64,000 nt of DNA, from contig NC_043000.1 in the NCBI RefSeq assembly GCF_006345805.1, positions 33,418,001 to 33,482,000 on the forward strand. The letters run 5' to 3'. Positions 27,775 through 41,939 of the stretch are shown piece by piece. This DNA comes from Octopus sinensis (taxonomy: Eukaryota). The notes below the pieces were generated by a model. The model was given only the letters and a program-made list of their open reading frames with translations, was not told where the DNA came from and did not search any database. Position numbers and translations under genes: made by a program. The first letter of the stretch is position 1. Each line of letters begins with the position of its first letter.

Positions 27775-28465
27775 CCACAAACAGGAATATCATTAAAGAA
27801 TATTGGTAAAATTTCGGAAAAACTATCGACAAGGAAATGTATATTCTTTCTTAAGTCTTTTATTATTTATGAAAAGTGTCAAATATGTAAAAGACAAAAT
27901 TATGCGCAATTGAATATCAAAAAAAAAAAAAAAAGTCTGAGCACATTTTTTATGGAAAATATCGTGATTCCATTTTCGAAAGAGATATTCTTTCATAAGA
28001 ACTGTCAATCTTTACAGTTGCTATCGCACTCGCAGGAAAATCTAAAGAATCTGCAAATTCTTTGTCTCAGTGAAGAATATTAATACATGTCTTGTTGTCC
28101 CAGACTAGATTTGATTGTAATTCTTCACTGGCACCAACAGATCAGACATCGATAAATTACCACGTGTTTGGAATAATGCTGTAAGTTGTCTTCGAGTCAG
28201 GTTTCCCAATCCGTAAAATATTGTTATGGAAATCTAAACTGGCAAAATATTGATCGGAGAATAGCATCCGATATTACATCAATAGCAGCAATACAAACGT
28301 ACATACATACATACATACATACATACATACATACATACATACATACATACATACATACACTAATATGTGTGTATGTGTATGTGAACGCATGTGTGTGTGT
28401 ATGTATACTTATATATGTGTATACATACATATACACACACACATATATAAGTATATATGTTACAA

Positions 28466-28496
<31 letters not shown>

Positions 28497-29367
28497 CGTA
28501 TGATGCCTTCCTTCCATTGCATTGCTTCTATTACTTTTTCTAATCCCCTTAAGATTAAGAACTTACGCAAATTTACCATAATTCCTAAGAGCCAAACATA
28601 AGCTAAGAGATCTTTTTGTCTAGATTTGGGATATTTCTGAAAATTATTGTAAAAGTTGCTGTTAGAAAGTGTTGGGAAGGAATTAATGAGAAATAGAAGA
28701 AAGCGCGAATGTGTGCAACAACTGGAATTCTGTGAATGGTGGTGTATAAGACTCGCATATAACGGACAGGATAATGAATGTGTGCGTGTACGCGAGAGTG
28801 TATGTTATACAGCGGCGAATATGGTATATTTTAATTTCGTTTTAATCTGTCTGCGGCGTTGGAGAAGTTAGAACGATTATTGTAATAAAGAGAATTGCCA
28901 TTCACAGAATCTTAGAAGTCAGGAGAAATTAATTTCAGTAAATATTTTTAAGATTGACAAATACAAACCGAATCAGTAGCGTTACTGTGTAAATTTGGGC
29001 GTATCTTTAGCTCTAAACCAGTTTAGTGTTGGCTTTGCTCGACCGTTGTAGTGCCTGACATTCTACCATCAAGTGAACTGGTTGAAGAATATCCCATACC
29101 ATTATGGGAAGCAACTGATCGAAAGCTGCTCATTCAATATCCTTTCTATGTATGGCCTCACCAATGTCGAAATAGAAAAGACACAACAATTATTCTTTGA
29201 TTGAAAATAAATTATGCGATTGTCTGCTTCTGTGGCCTAAAATGTGGTAGGAATCCGTTGGATAGTCTTCATAGAAACCCGACCCTCTCCACACTAACGG
29301 CCAAACTGTATTAATGTCTTCATTAGAATTCGGATAGAGAATTGATTACCATTGTCAGAGCATCATA

Positions 29368-29588
29368 ATAATGGTTTCAAGTTTTAGCACAAGGCCAGCA
29401 ATTTAGGGTGCCGGGGTAAGTCGGTTACATGAGCCCCAGTGATCGACTGATCCTTATTTTATCGGCCCCGAAAAGATGAAAGGCAAAGTCGACCTCGGCG
29501 GAATTTGAACTCAGAACGTTAAAATGGACGCAATGCCGCTAAGCATTTTGCCCGGCGCGCTAACGATTCTGCTAGTTCGATACCTTAA
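29368..29588 (-). mobile_element. SINE family B monomer (tail type 2)
   Basis: GATGAAAGGCAAAGTCGACCTCGGCGGAATTTGAACTCAGAACG. Confidence 0.85.
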
Positions 29589-29724
29589 AGAGCAACAAAC
29601 TAACACTCAGACAAATCTAATCAATCATCATTGGAATTAACTGATTACTAAAAAACTCAGAGGCAAGTTTACAAACTAACCACCGACAATTAATTAAATG
29701 ATCTCTCATCAATAATTAAATGTT

Positions 29725-30033
29725 GTTGTTGCTGTTTGTTCCTTCTCGAGCCATACCTGGCACATATAAGGGCCGGTTTCCTGGTTTTGTTGGCGTATAG
29801 GTTCCCCCACTTGGACAGGACGCCAGTCGTCACAAGTGAGCTACTAGATGCAAAAGGAAAGAGTGAAAGTTGTGGCGAAAGAGTCAGCAGAAGTTCACCA
29901 TTACCTTCTGCCGGAGCTGCGTGGAGCTTAGGTGTTTCGCTCATAAACATACACATCTCCCGGTCTGAGATTCGAACCCGCGATCCCTCCACCGCTAGTC
30001 CGTTGCTCTAACCACTAGGCCATGTGCCTCCAC
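29725..30033 (-). mobile_element. SINE with C-like head and a third tail
   Basis: Minus strand TGGCCTAGTGG A box and GGTTCGAATC B box. Tail GACTGGCGTCCTGTCCA...GAAACCGGCCCT, then (CAA)n. Confidence 0.85.
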
Positions 30034-30104
30034 AACTCTTCACAATTAGCAGGAATTTTTTGTTAACAATTCAATTTATAATCACTTGAAGAAGAATATT
30101 ATGA

Positions 30105-30142
<38 letters not shown>

Positions 30143-30221
30143 TAATAATAATTATGATGATGATAATAATAATAATAATAATGATGATGATGATGATGAT
30201 GATGATGTGATGATGATGATG

Positions 30222-30266
<45 letters not shown>

Positions 30267-30267
<1 letters not shown>

Positions 30268-33147
30268 GGCCAGGCATGTCAATGAACCTCCTAAGTGGAA
30301 AGTAGCGATACAAAAAGAGATTGAATCTCTGCGGGCGGATGTTTCAGTTCTCGATGAGCTTGCTAGAGGAGTGAATATTAAGTCGAGGAAAGCTAGAAAA
30401 ATCAAGCAAAAATATAAAATCAAAGATCTCATAAACCACCCTGCAACTAAGGAACTGTTGAAACAACGGATACAGTTGAAAGCCCAACGGCTTAGAAGGT
30501 ATGACAAAAGAAACAAATTTTATCGACAAAATAAATTTTTTAAGACAGATGCAAAGAAATTTTATAGGGAAATTGGCAAAAATAAAATACACATAGAAGA
30601 TCCACCTAAGATTGAGGAAGTGGAGGAGTTCTGGAAGAAGGTATGGAGCAACGAAAAAGAGTTTAATGCTGAGGCTGACTGGATAGAACGTGAGATGAAC
30701 TTGAAGAACAGAAATGGGAAGCAATAGGAATAGAGGAGCTAAGGTGTGTCCTTAGGAAGGCTCATAAATGGAAAACTCCAGGACTAGATCGGATCCCTAA
30801 CTTCTGGCTGAATTGTTTGACAGAGGTACACGAAAATCTCGCTGCATCTCTGTCTGATGTCATTCATAACCCAGAGCAAATACCTGCTTGGCTGACTGAA
30901 GGAACCACCTACCTATTACCTAAAACCGAAGACACAAAAAACCCAAAGAATTACCGGCCAATAACATGTCTCAACACCACCTACAAAATCCTCACATCCA
31001 TAATAACGGAGAGAATGTACGCTTTCCTTGAACAAAACTCTATCCTTCCACAAGCTCAAAAAGGTTGTAAAAGAAACTTTATGGGTGCAAAGACCAATTG
31101 CTCATAAACAGAATGATTGTAGAGAATTGCCGGAGCAAAAAAAAAAAACCTGAGTATGGCATGGATAGACTACAGGAAAGCGTATGACAGTGTCCCACAT
31201 AAATGGATACTCAAGGCCTTGAGATACAAGATCTCTCCTGTCGTCTCAAAATTCTAGTAATGGGATGAGCCAGTCCAACAGCATCAACATCAAACGAGGC
31301 ATCTTTCAAGGTGACTCCCTCTCTCCATTACTTTTTTGCATGGCACTGATCCCACTCTCAAACGAATTGGATAGTACCAGATATGGGTACAAAGTTTTTA
31401 GTAAGTTAATAAACCACCTTTTCTATATGGACGACCTAAAGCTGTTTGCCAGGAATGAGCAAGAGCGCTAGAAGGGCTGCTAACAACTGTTAAAGAGTTT
31501 AGCAATGATATCGGAATGGATTTTGGCCTTGATAAGTGTGCTAAAGCAACTTTTGTAAGAGGCAAGCTCAGGCAAACAGCTTCTGTTAAATTAGATATTG
31601 ACACTACCATCAAGGAACTTGACCCACAAGAAAGTTACAAATACCTAGGAATCAACGAAGGAGATGGTATACATCATGCTACTATGAAGGAAAAAAATAG
31701 AAAGGAATACTATAGGAGAATAAGGCTTGTACTGAAGACTGAACTCAACTCCAAAAATTGCATTGAGGCCATTAACACCCTGGCGCTTCCAGTAGTCCAG
31801 TACAGTTTTAACATCATTAACTGGAACCTTACGAAACTCCAACGCTTGGACAGGAAGACAAGAAAATTACTGACAACCAAGAGCATGCACCACCCTAAGG
31901 CAGATGTAGACCGCCTGTACCTACCTAGAAGCAACGGGGGGAGAGGAATGATGCAATTAGAGCTGTGCTATAAGACCTCTACTGTAGGAATGAACAGGTA
32001 CCTATCTAGTACAAAGGACTGGATGCTGCGACTTGTGTGCGAACACGAAAGCAGCAAAAAGCTGCATTCTATTGTCAAGGAAGCCTATAAGTTCGAAAGG
32101 GAACTAGACATTAACCTTGAATCAGATGAAGAGCCGGAAACCACTGCTACCAAGCAAGCAAAGCGAATCAAGCAGACTGCAAAAAGAACGGGCAGCAAAA
32201 TCAAATTGAGAAGCGGTGGAGCCAGAAGCCCCTGCATGGACAACAATATATTCTCCGAAGCCAAAATGCTGATGTAGACCAAGCAACAACCCATCAGTGG
32301 CTGAAGAGTTCTGGATTGAAAGCAGAGACTGAAGGCTTCATAATGGCAGCACAAGATCAAAGCTTCTTTACCAGAAATTACCAGGCTAACGTTCTCCGAA
32401 ACGGTACTGACCCTAAATGCAGATTCTGTGACACATTTGACGAAACGATAGACCATCTCGTTTCAGGATGTCCTGTGCTGACACCAAACGAATACAAAAA
32501 TCGCCACGATAGGGTAGGACAGTATATACATTGGAAGATATGTAAATACTACAAATTCGACACTCCTGCTAACTGGTATGAACACATCCTCAGCCAGTTG
32601 TTGAAGGTAAGGATGTCACCATCCTCTGGGATTTTCAGTCAACACTGGACAGAACGATCAAGGCTAATCGACCAGACATAATGGTAAAGACAGAAGGAAA
32701 AATACCTGCAGACTAATAGAGGTAAGCGTCCCCACTGATAAAAATGTATCTGTAAAGGAATTGACAAACTTAGTAATATAAGGACCTGGAAATCGAAATA
32801 CAAAAGATGTGGAATCTTAAAACAAAAACTGTTCCTGTTATTGTAGGTGCCCTAGGTATGATAAAAAAGGGATGTCAGAAACACCTAGACAATATCCCTG
32901 GAGAACCATGTCTCAAGGAAATCCAAAAGATTGGTGCTAACAAGTACTGCCCACATCCTTAGAAAAACCCTATCAATGTAAATGTTTGTGTTTGTATACA
33001 TGGAGATATTTCTCTACTTCCCCCCCCAAGCTTTCAACTATATTTCAACAACTCTTAACCTTCACTTGCCCTAGGCGCTGCGGGTGTGCCCGGCAGTGAT
33101 TGCATCAAACATGCAGATAATAAAAGTAAATGACAATGATGATAAAA
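30267..33147 (+). mobile_element. R4/Dong-clade non-LTR retrotransposon (RT plus restriction-like endonuclease), 5'-truncated and frameshifted
   Basis: RT motifs NYRPITCL, WIDYRKAYDSVPH, GIFQGDSLSPLLF, YMDDLKL, YKYLGI, GGRG. Then CRFC...ETIDHLVSGC, RHDRV and RPDI; stop at 32981. (TAA)n on both sides. Confidence 0.93.
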
Positions 33148-33174
33148 TATAATAATAATAATAATAATAATAAC

Positions 33175-33256
<82 letters not shown>

Positions 33257-33292
33257 TACCTGGAAATCAATTTGGTAATATTAAAGTCACAC

Positions 33293-33497
33293 CTAAGACA
33301 GCTAGCCGGCAGAATCTTTAGCACTCCGCATTTCGTCTGTCTTTGTGCTTTGAGTTCAAATTCTGCCGAGTTCGATTTTGCCATTCATCTTTTCGAGGTC
33401 GATAAGATAAGTAGCAGTTAAACAGTGGGATCGATGTAATCTACTAGTCCTTCCCCTCAAAGCTGATGGCCTTGTGGAAAAATTTGAAACCATTATT
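33293..33497 (+). mobile_element. SINE family B, diverged
   Basis: GAGTTCAAATTCTGCCGAG...GGTCGATAAGATAAGTAGCAG. Confidence 0.8.
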
Positions 33498-33499
33498 AA

Positions 33500-34170
33500 A
33501 GTCACACATGGACATAATGACCGTATTAGACGGTGATCGATGGGAAGGGAATCAATCAGATAATTTCTGTCCATCGATTAACAGAATTTACCCCCATTCA
33601 AGGAGATTGCTATGAAGCAATAAGATGGAATCAAACAGACGATATTGTCTGATGAATGGATCGCATGGTAGTTTCAACGATTCCTCTGATTTCGACAATG
33701 GTAACATCTCACTGAAAGATTGATTTCGACAATGGTAACATCTCACTGAAAGATACCGTAAGTGACTGAGTATCCCTACGACGTTTGTAATTTCTGGGTA
33801 GAATCTTTGTAGCACAATGTTCAATAAAAGTGCTGCATTAAATTATGGATAGGCTCCACTCAATTTTACTTTCTAAGTTTGGGACGATGAAAGGCGTAAG
33901 TAGGAGTTTGCTTTTAGAATTATTTATAAAAAAATTCTAAGTTTCAAAATTCCAATTGTAAAATGATCTGCAACTGGACTTCAACGTTGAATGTAAAAGA
34001 ACCTAATCCACCACTGACCTACCATACACCTCTCAGAAGATAATAATATCAAAACCCATTGGATCAATGTGAGACATTTGTAAGCTACAAGTCGGATTTG
34101 TTATGAACTGCAGGAAGGAAGAACTCTGCTGGAAGGAAGAACTCACAGTATGCTAGATAGAATCTAAATA
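33500..34170 (-). pseudogene. Highly decayed LINE RT fragment with an internal 34-bp tandem duplication (33687-33754)
   Basis: Minus-strand remnants resemble YRPISIL (~34160), QxGF...RS (~34050) and LxEWG (~33600). Confidence 0.4.
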
Positions 34171-34651
34171 TTGTGTGGCATTTTGGCTTTCAGTGTGTCG
34201 TTTTTGCCACTTGACAATCTTCGCTATGTAAATAAGAGTAACAAACCAACAGCAGAATCAACGCCATCGTTAATATCAGCCAAAAGACATGAACAAACAT
34301 CTCGTCTCGTCTTTACAAATGTCAGTGAAAAGAAAACCCAAAAAAACTTACAACCAGATGTGCATGTGGTGTGTGTGTGTGTTAAGGTCATTCAGTACAG
34401 TGTGTTAGCAAGATGGTAGCCATCATCATCGTTCCCTTCAACACGGTTCGTCTTTAAATCTTTGCTATGCAGACGCACCTTAAAATGATATTTACTAACA
34501 TGTTGCTGAAACCAGAATTGAATGTAATAAACGATTTACGATACGGAACCGGTCGTAAAACGAGACAAACTTAGACGTTCAGTACAAATATACATTCAAA
34601 ATAAATATTCTTAGTATTTAAATAAGCATTGACGTGCAAAGGCTTATATAT

Positions 34652-34729
<78 letters not shown>

Positions 34730-35740
34730 ACACACACACACACACGCACACACACACATTCACACGTACATATACGTTTTATTAAATGCACGACTATGTT
34801 CAAGTTTTAACTTTTTTATTGCATATTTTACACATAGTCCCAGCTTTGCACAGGTGGTTTGGAGCAGTAAAGTTTCTCAATCCATTTCCAACGTTTGTTG
34901 ACAATCCTTTTTCTCATTATCGAGAACGGAATTGAATAACGCCAAATACATAGACACTTCAAGAGAGCAGCGCGGACAGTTCCTATATAAATTGGAGTAG
35001 CATAGCTAAAGCCAGCAAATATAGGGGACGAGGTGGTAGATGCATAACACCTAAAGGGAACATTTTGAATATTAGGGAAGAAACAATCCAAACTTCAAAG
35101 TTTTAAGCATCTCTCTTCACCCACCCTGCCACCCGTCTAACCAAGATAAATTACTGGATATCGGTTATATACCCAATATGCATTACATACTCCTGGTCAC
35201 TCTTGTTGCTATTCTGCACAAATGTGTATCACATATACGTAACCCACATTCATGACGTCACACGATTCACAGGTAATATGTCTATATAAAGATTCTTAAG
35301 ATCTTTGAGTATGCACATATTCAAATACCAATCAAAGGTATACCGGATACGTATTCCTGTTTATATATGTAGATGAGCGTGAACGTTCTCGCATAACGTA
35401 ATTAAGGAATTAATAGATCTATGGTGAACGCACGTCTCGCAAAAATCTAGGGCTAACGTAAAGGAGATAAAAATTAAGAAATCTTTAAGTTGCCGTTCCT
35501 GTTCAGTGGATTCATTTTGAAGTCCCGCGCTTGCAACTTCGTATATTCTTATCGAAAATAGATTTTTAAGTCGACCGCTTGAAGTTATTGTGGATATTCT
35601 TTCCACATGAAACCATTGGTAGCTTTGTTATCCTACAGATAAAAAAATATTCATTCACTGAATAGACTGTTGAGCTCCCATTCCCACTTTTCGATACTAT
35701 CGCACAAACACACACACACACACAGACACACACACGCACT

Positions 35741-35772
<32 letters not shown>

Positions 35773-36433
35773 CACTCACACACACACACACGTACACACA
35801 CACAGACACAGAAACACACAGACAGACACACATGCGCACTCACATACACACACACAGATACAGACACAGACACACACACACACACACACACATGCATTTA
35901 TGTGCAGAACAATTACAATAATCTCAGGATATCCAGCAGGAGGACATTCGCTGATCGATACCAATACATCAATAAATAAGGCAGTTGATATGTTAAATGG
36001 GTTTTAAACCATTCTAAGGGATTTTCCCTTTTACAATATGTTCCGTTAGAATTTCCTTTCCATTTCCATCACAGCGGGGAAGCAATATGCAACATGGCGG
36101 ATTTAAATTCTCTACACCATTTTCAGCTCCTCGTAAATCAGTAAACTATGATTTTTTATGGAATTGGCGATAATCAGCAGCGTTTTAAAAGCAAATAATT
36201 CAAACCAAAGCCGAGTAGCGTAATGTGTGACGGGAATCTAAAATGGCAGTTCAGTTCCCTGTCATTTTATTGACACCTTCACGAACAATAACTTATACAT
36301 ATTTCATACAATATATATATATATATATATACAACACACATACATATACGTATATATATATATAATATATATATAAGATATATATTATATATATATAATA
36401 TATATATATTATATATACATATACGTATATATA

Positions 36434-36484
<51 letters not shown>

Positions 36485-36759
36485 TATGTATATATATATG
36501 TATATCTATCTATCCATCTAACTATCTATTTATCTATCTATACGTATATACACACACACACATTATATACATATACATGCATACAAATATGGGTATGTAT
36601 ATATGAATTATATATGTGTATATATATGTAAATACATACTACATACATACATACATACACATACATACATAATCATTCATACATATATAGGTGCGTATAT
36701 ATGTATATATATATATATAATATATATATATTATATATATATATATACACACACACATA

Positions 36760-36944
36760 CACATGTGCATGCATACATATACAGGTATATATATATATAT
36801 ATATATATGTTTATATGTATTTATGTCTGTATGTACACACACACACACGTATATAAACACTCAGAACGTTTTACTTCGTATATATATATATATTATATAT
36901 ATATTATATATATATATATGTATATGTATATATATGTATATATA

Positions 36945-37031
<87 letters not shown>

Positions 37032-37074
37032 CACATACACATGTGCATGCATACATATACAGGTATATATATAT

Positions 37075-37129
<55 letters not shown>

Positions 37130-37193
37130 TACACATGTGCATGCATACATATACAGGTATATATATATATATGTATATATATGTATATATATG

Positions 37194-37262
<69 letters not shown>

Positions 37263-37554
37263 ATATGTATATGTATATATATGTATATGTATATATATGT
37301 ATATATATATATATTATATATATATATATGTTTATATGTATTTATGTCTGTATGTACACACACACACACGTATATAAACACTCAGAACGTTTTACTTCGT
37401 ATATATATATATATACACACACACACACGTATATAAACACTCAGAACGTTTTACTTCGTATATATATATATATATATGTTTATATGTATTTATGTCTGTA
37501 TGTACACACACACACACGTATATAAACACTCAGAACGTTTTACTTCGTATATAT

Positions 37555-37649
<95 letters not shown>

Positions 37650-37664
37650 ATATGTATATATATG

Positions 37665-37696
<32 letters not shown>

Positions 37697-37831
37697 CACA
37701 CACACACACGTATATAAACACTCAGAACGTTTTACTTCGTATATATATATATATGTTTATATGTATTTATGTCTGTATGTACACACACACACACGTATAT
37801 AAACACTCAGAACGTTTTACTTCGTATATAT

Positions 37832-37891
<60 letters not shown>

Positions 37892-38041
37892 AATATATAT
37901 ATATATATACACACACACACACGTATATAAACACTCAGAACGTTTTACTTCGTATATATATATATATATATGTTTATATGTATTTATGTCTGTATGTACA
38001 CACACACACACGTATATAAACACTCAGAACGTTTTACTTCG

Positions 38042-38076
<35 letters not shown>

Positions 38077-38295
38077 GTATATAAACACTCAGAACGTTTT
38101 ACTTCGTATATATATATATATGTTTATATGTATTTATGTCTGTATGTACACACACACACACGTATATAAACACTCAGAACGTTTTACTTCGTATATATAT
38201 ATATATTATATATATATATATATATGTTTATATGTATTTATGTCTGTATGTACACACACACACACGTATATAAACACTCAGAACGTTTTACTTCG

Positions 38296-38326
<31 letters not shown>

Positions 38327-38370
38327 GTATATAAACACTCAGAACGTTTTACTTCGTATATATATATATA
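36760..38370. repeat. Compound VNTR: 12 identical cores AAACACTCAGAACGTTTTACTTCG separated by variable (TA)n/(CA)n
   Basis: Cores near 36855, 37376, 37435, 37524, 37716, 37801, 37929, 38018, 38083, 38168, 38272 and 38333. Confidence 0.92.
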
Positions 38371-38754
38371 TAATATATATATATATATGTGTGTGTGTGT
38401 GAGTGTGTTTGTGTGTGTATTTGGTGTGCGCAATATTGGAACAACGCTAAATTAAAATAGCTATCTATGTATCATACTTAGCGAATAAACACACACCACT
38501 GAAAGGCACAATACTGTGGTTTTTGCCTGAGGGAGAATCTCTTTGTATTTGTGCTGTGTTAGTCAAAGCAATGACTCACGAGAAGGCCAGACGCTTTCAT
38601 CCTTCTTGGATCTTGCTATTGACGTGTACTCGCTTGACGTATTCTTAGTCGAAATTTGTCCCCTTTGATATAAAGGAAACAGAGGACAATACTCTAAATA
38701 TTATCCGGTGGTCACACCTTGATTTTCCATTAACAATGAAGTCTCTACCTCTTC

Positions 38755-38905
38755 CTTTGACTTACGAGAAATAGCAGCTAAATCTCTCTCAATTCACACC
38801 CTGTCTGATAAAGTGAGAGATACACGAGATAAGATGACTCTGGCTGGAATGCTTTTGATCGTGGCTCTACTCGATTAGGGCTGATTAGGAGTTAAACACC
38901 AATAA
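38755..38905 (+). mobile_element. Old interspersed repeat (relatives at ~56425-56545 and ~62745-62910)
   Basis: Shared AGCAGCxAAAT...GG(C/T)TGGAATGCTTTTGAT...TAA(A)CA pattern. Confidence 0.6.
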
Positions 38906-39293
38906 GAACAACTAAAACCTGTAAAGAACCAGCTTCAGTGAGATCCAAACTAGTTTATGTTCTCTGTCATGGTTACTGTTCAGGATCGAACTAGCTTTGT
39001 TTATTCATCAGAAAGCCTCTAAATCTCTGAATCATCGCAATTATCGATTTCAAGATTACAATTGGGATTACTTTGAACCAAACTTTGACTTCTGGATCAG
39101 ACGGTAACAAACAAATTAAGGAGACGAGATAATTTCCAAAGTAAGGAGTCTCACTCATCATAGGAAAGACATCTATTGACTTCACACGTCACAATCCTAT
39201 ATTGAGGCACGATTTAGCAGAAAAAGGTTTTGTTCTTTTTGCGAGAAATATTTCCATATAAAAGAAATGGAGACTAATCTTATGGATTGCTGT

Positions 39294-39500
39294 AAGGCGG
39301 CGACTTGGCAGAATCGTTAACACGCTGGACAAAATATTCGGTGGCATTTCGTCCATTCTCTACGTTCTGAGTTCGAACTTCGCCGAGGTCGACTTGCCTT
39401 TCATCCTTTCAGGGTAGATAAAATAAGTACCAGTTGAACACTGGGGTCGATGTAATCGACTAGCACTCTTCCCCTGAAATTGCTGGCCTTGTGCTAAAAA
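39294..39500 (+). mobile_element. SINE family B monomer (tail type 2)
   Basis: AAGGCGGCGACTTGGCAGAATCG...GGCCTTGTGCT. Confidence 0.85.
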
Positions 39501-40140
39501 TCAATTTTTTAGGTTGATGTAGAATTATCAGTGGCTGCAGTCTACAAGCAATGAATGCCAACAGCACACGCTTGTTCCCTACTTATCCTAGTCGTTGGTA
39601 TCAGTCGAGAGTGCAGGAAGTGTGTTCATTCTACATTTCATCCATCGAGGGGCTCTTCCCAGGTAGCAAGACTATCGAAGTTCAGTTTAATGGCCACTTG
39701 GACAAGTTGTCACATCCACTCATGGTATTACGATAAGCACCTGCGCACAGATTTGACTGGAAAAACTGGAAATCTGTGAATAGGCAGCACCAGCTTGATC
39801 CGAAATAATTAGTTAGAGTCGACAGAGAATGAATGGGAACATATTTGAATAAACTCTGTCGTAACTTCTTAAATGTCAAACTCTTACGCTCACGTCGGCA
39901 CACAACTGTGGTCGGACATCTGTGGCTCGTAGAAGCGGTGAACGCGAAAGAACTAAAAGAAGTAAAACAAGCACTAGTAATACTGTTAGTAGTTGTACTA
40001 AAGTACAAGAGTAGAAATAAATTTAGCTTCGTGCTTATTAAATTTTACATTTTATGTATGTATAATACACACACACACACATACACACACGTACACACAC
40101 AATATGAATATTTATATTTATCTGTTGTATTTATTTGTTA

Positions 40141-40211
<71 letters not shown>

Positions 40212-40257
40212 CATCATCTATGTATTATGTGTGTATGTATGTATGTATGTATGTATC

Positions 40258-40445
<188 letters not shown>

Positions 40446-41399
40446 AGTCTATCTAATTATCTCTCTCTATCTATTCTGTCTATTTCTGTGCCTCTCTTCC
40501 GCCAGTCTGTCTAATTATATACCTACCTCCCTTCAGTTACGTTAGTTCTCTTTTATCCATCCACACACCCACCTTTCTTACACACACACCACCCAAACAT
40601 ATGCGAAGCAGCTTCCTTCAGTTTCTTCCTCGTCTTCTTCCTCTTGCTCCATTTCTTTATCTAAGAAACACAACATATTCATTCTGTTATATTTCAAGCC
40701 AAGATAGAAATCAAATAAAAGCATAGAATTCTTTTTGTAATTGATCATGATTCCAAGTAAGTGTATCAGCCAGATTTATGGTTTCACTTGTTGCCATCAA
40801 CACTATTTAATTAGAAGCAAAGAACAGAACAGTTCCTTGTTGTTGTTGTTGTTGTTGTTGTTCATTTATAAATGTTGTTGGTGTTATATAGTGAAGCTCA
40901 TATCGAGGACAGCAACAGTTATCTTTTAGAATATCATTACAGAAAAAACTGAATTATAATACGATAGATGTATGTAATACAATAACCAAGGTAAAATACG
41001 CAGGGACGCCTACTGCAGGAAAAGCTATAGACAAATAAGGGCTACCTTGCGAATGTAGTGAGCCCCAAAATGTTAATAGAATTTAATTAGAGCCAGATGC
41101 ATCAAGTGAATTCCTGACGACTGCGTTGTAAGATCGAACGCCGGTCAGTTACAGGTAAAACTTGGAGAAGATTTATGGCTTATTTCTCGTAGCTACGGAA
41201 AGGCAAGACGTATAAACGTTCTGGTTAATAACTCAATATCACTTTAGTTGCGAAACACTTCGTACATTGTTACCACTAAACAATATCCGCTTCCTCTGAT
41301 TTTTTACCTAAAAGCGTAGCAGACATGTTGATATCTGAATAATGATTTATAACAAAGAAACAACAACAGACTAGACATCTAAACAAACATCTTCAATTT

Positions 41400-41830
41400 G
41401 TAACAGAGCGAAAAGAGGAGCCAAGAAAGGGCAGTCTTTAACCAAACACAAAATACGCGTAACACTAATAGACTACTATGAGAACTTCGTCACAAACCCT
41501 AAATGTAGGTTAATAAATCCAGTTAAGAATGAGCTTGAGAAAGTTAGCAAGCACATTAATAATGTCACTAAATTATGGCAATTGAGTTGAAGACTGGTAT
41601 AATATCAGTTTATTGATGGTAGCGATTTAGGCATCAAACAAGCCAAAGAGACATTGCTTTTAGACAAGAATTTTGCATGACTCAGAAATCATAATGATCC
41701 AGTTAGTGTCATAATACTCTGCTTTGATGGAGTTAAGCTGAGATCTGGTTGGGTCATTCGTGCTTGATTAATGTAAATCGGGATTGGGTTTCTACAGAGA
41801 CGATGGTCTAGCTATTTCCAAAAACTTAAA
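41400..41830 (+). pseudogene. Penelope-like reverse transcriptase relic
   Basis: VTLIDYYENFVTNPKCRLINPVKNELEKVSKHI matches the PLE pattern TLKDHKxNFxxxPxCRLINPxK. GFYRDDGLAISK at ~41787-41823. Confidence 0.8.
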
Positions 41831-41939
41831 TGCGCATTTCTTTTAACAAGAATAGTATTGACAGTGACTTTGAAGTTTCACCCAGCCAAGCCATCATCGG
41901 ACTGTAATTCATTTAAATTTGTCTGTGCCAACGAATCTT

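Noticed and set aside
35361-35645. Minus-strand exon after a strong acceptor (TTTTTTTATCTGTAG)
   Set aside because: All three frames stop shortly after the acceptor and no protein is recognisable.
36760-38370. CRISPR array
   Set aside because: Spacers are microsatellites of very uneven length, there are no cas genes and the context is eukaryotic.
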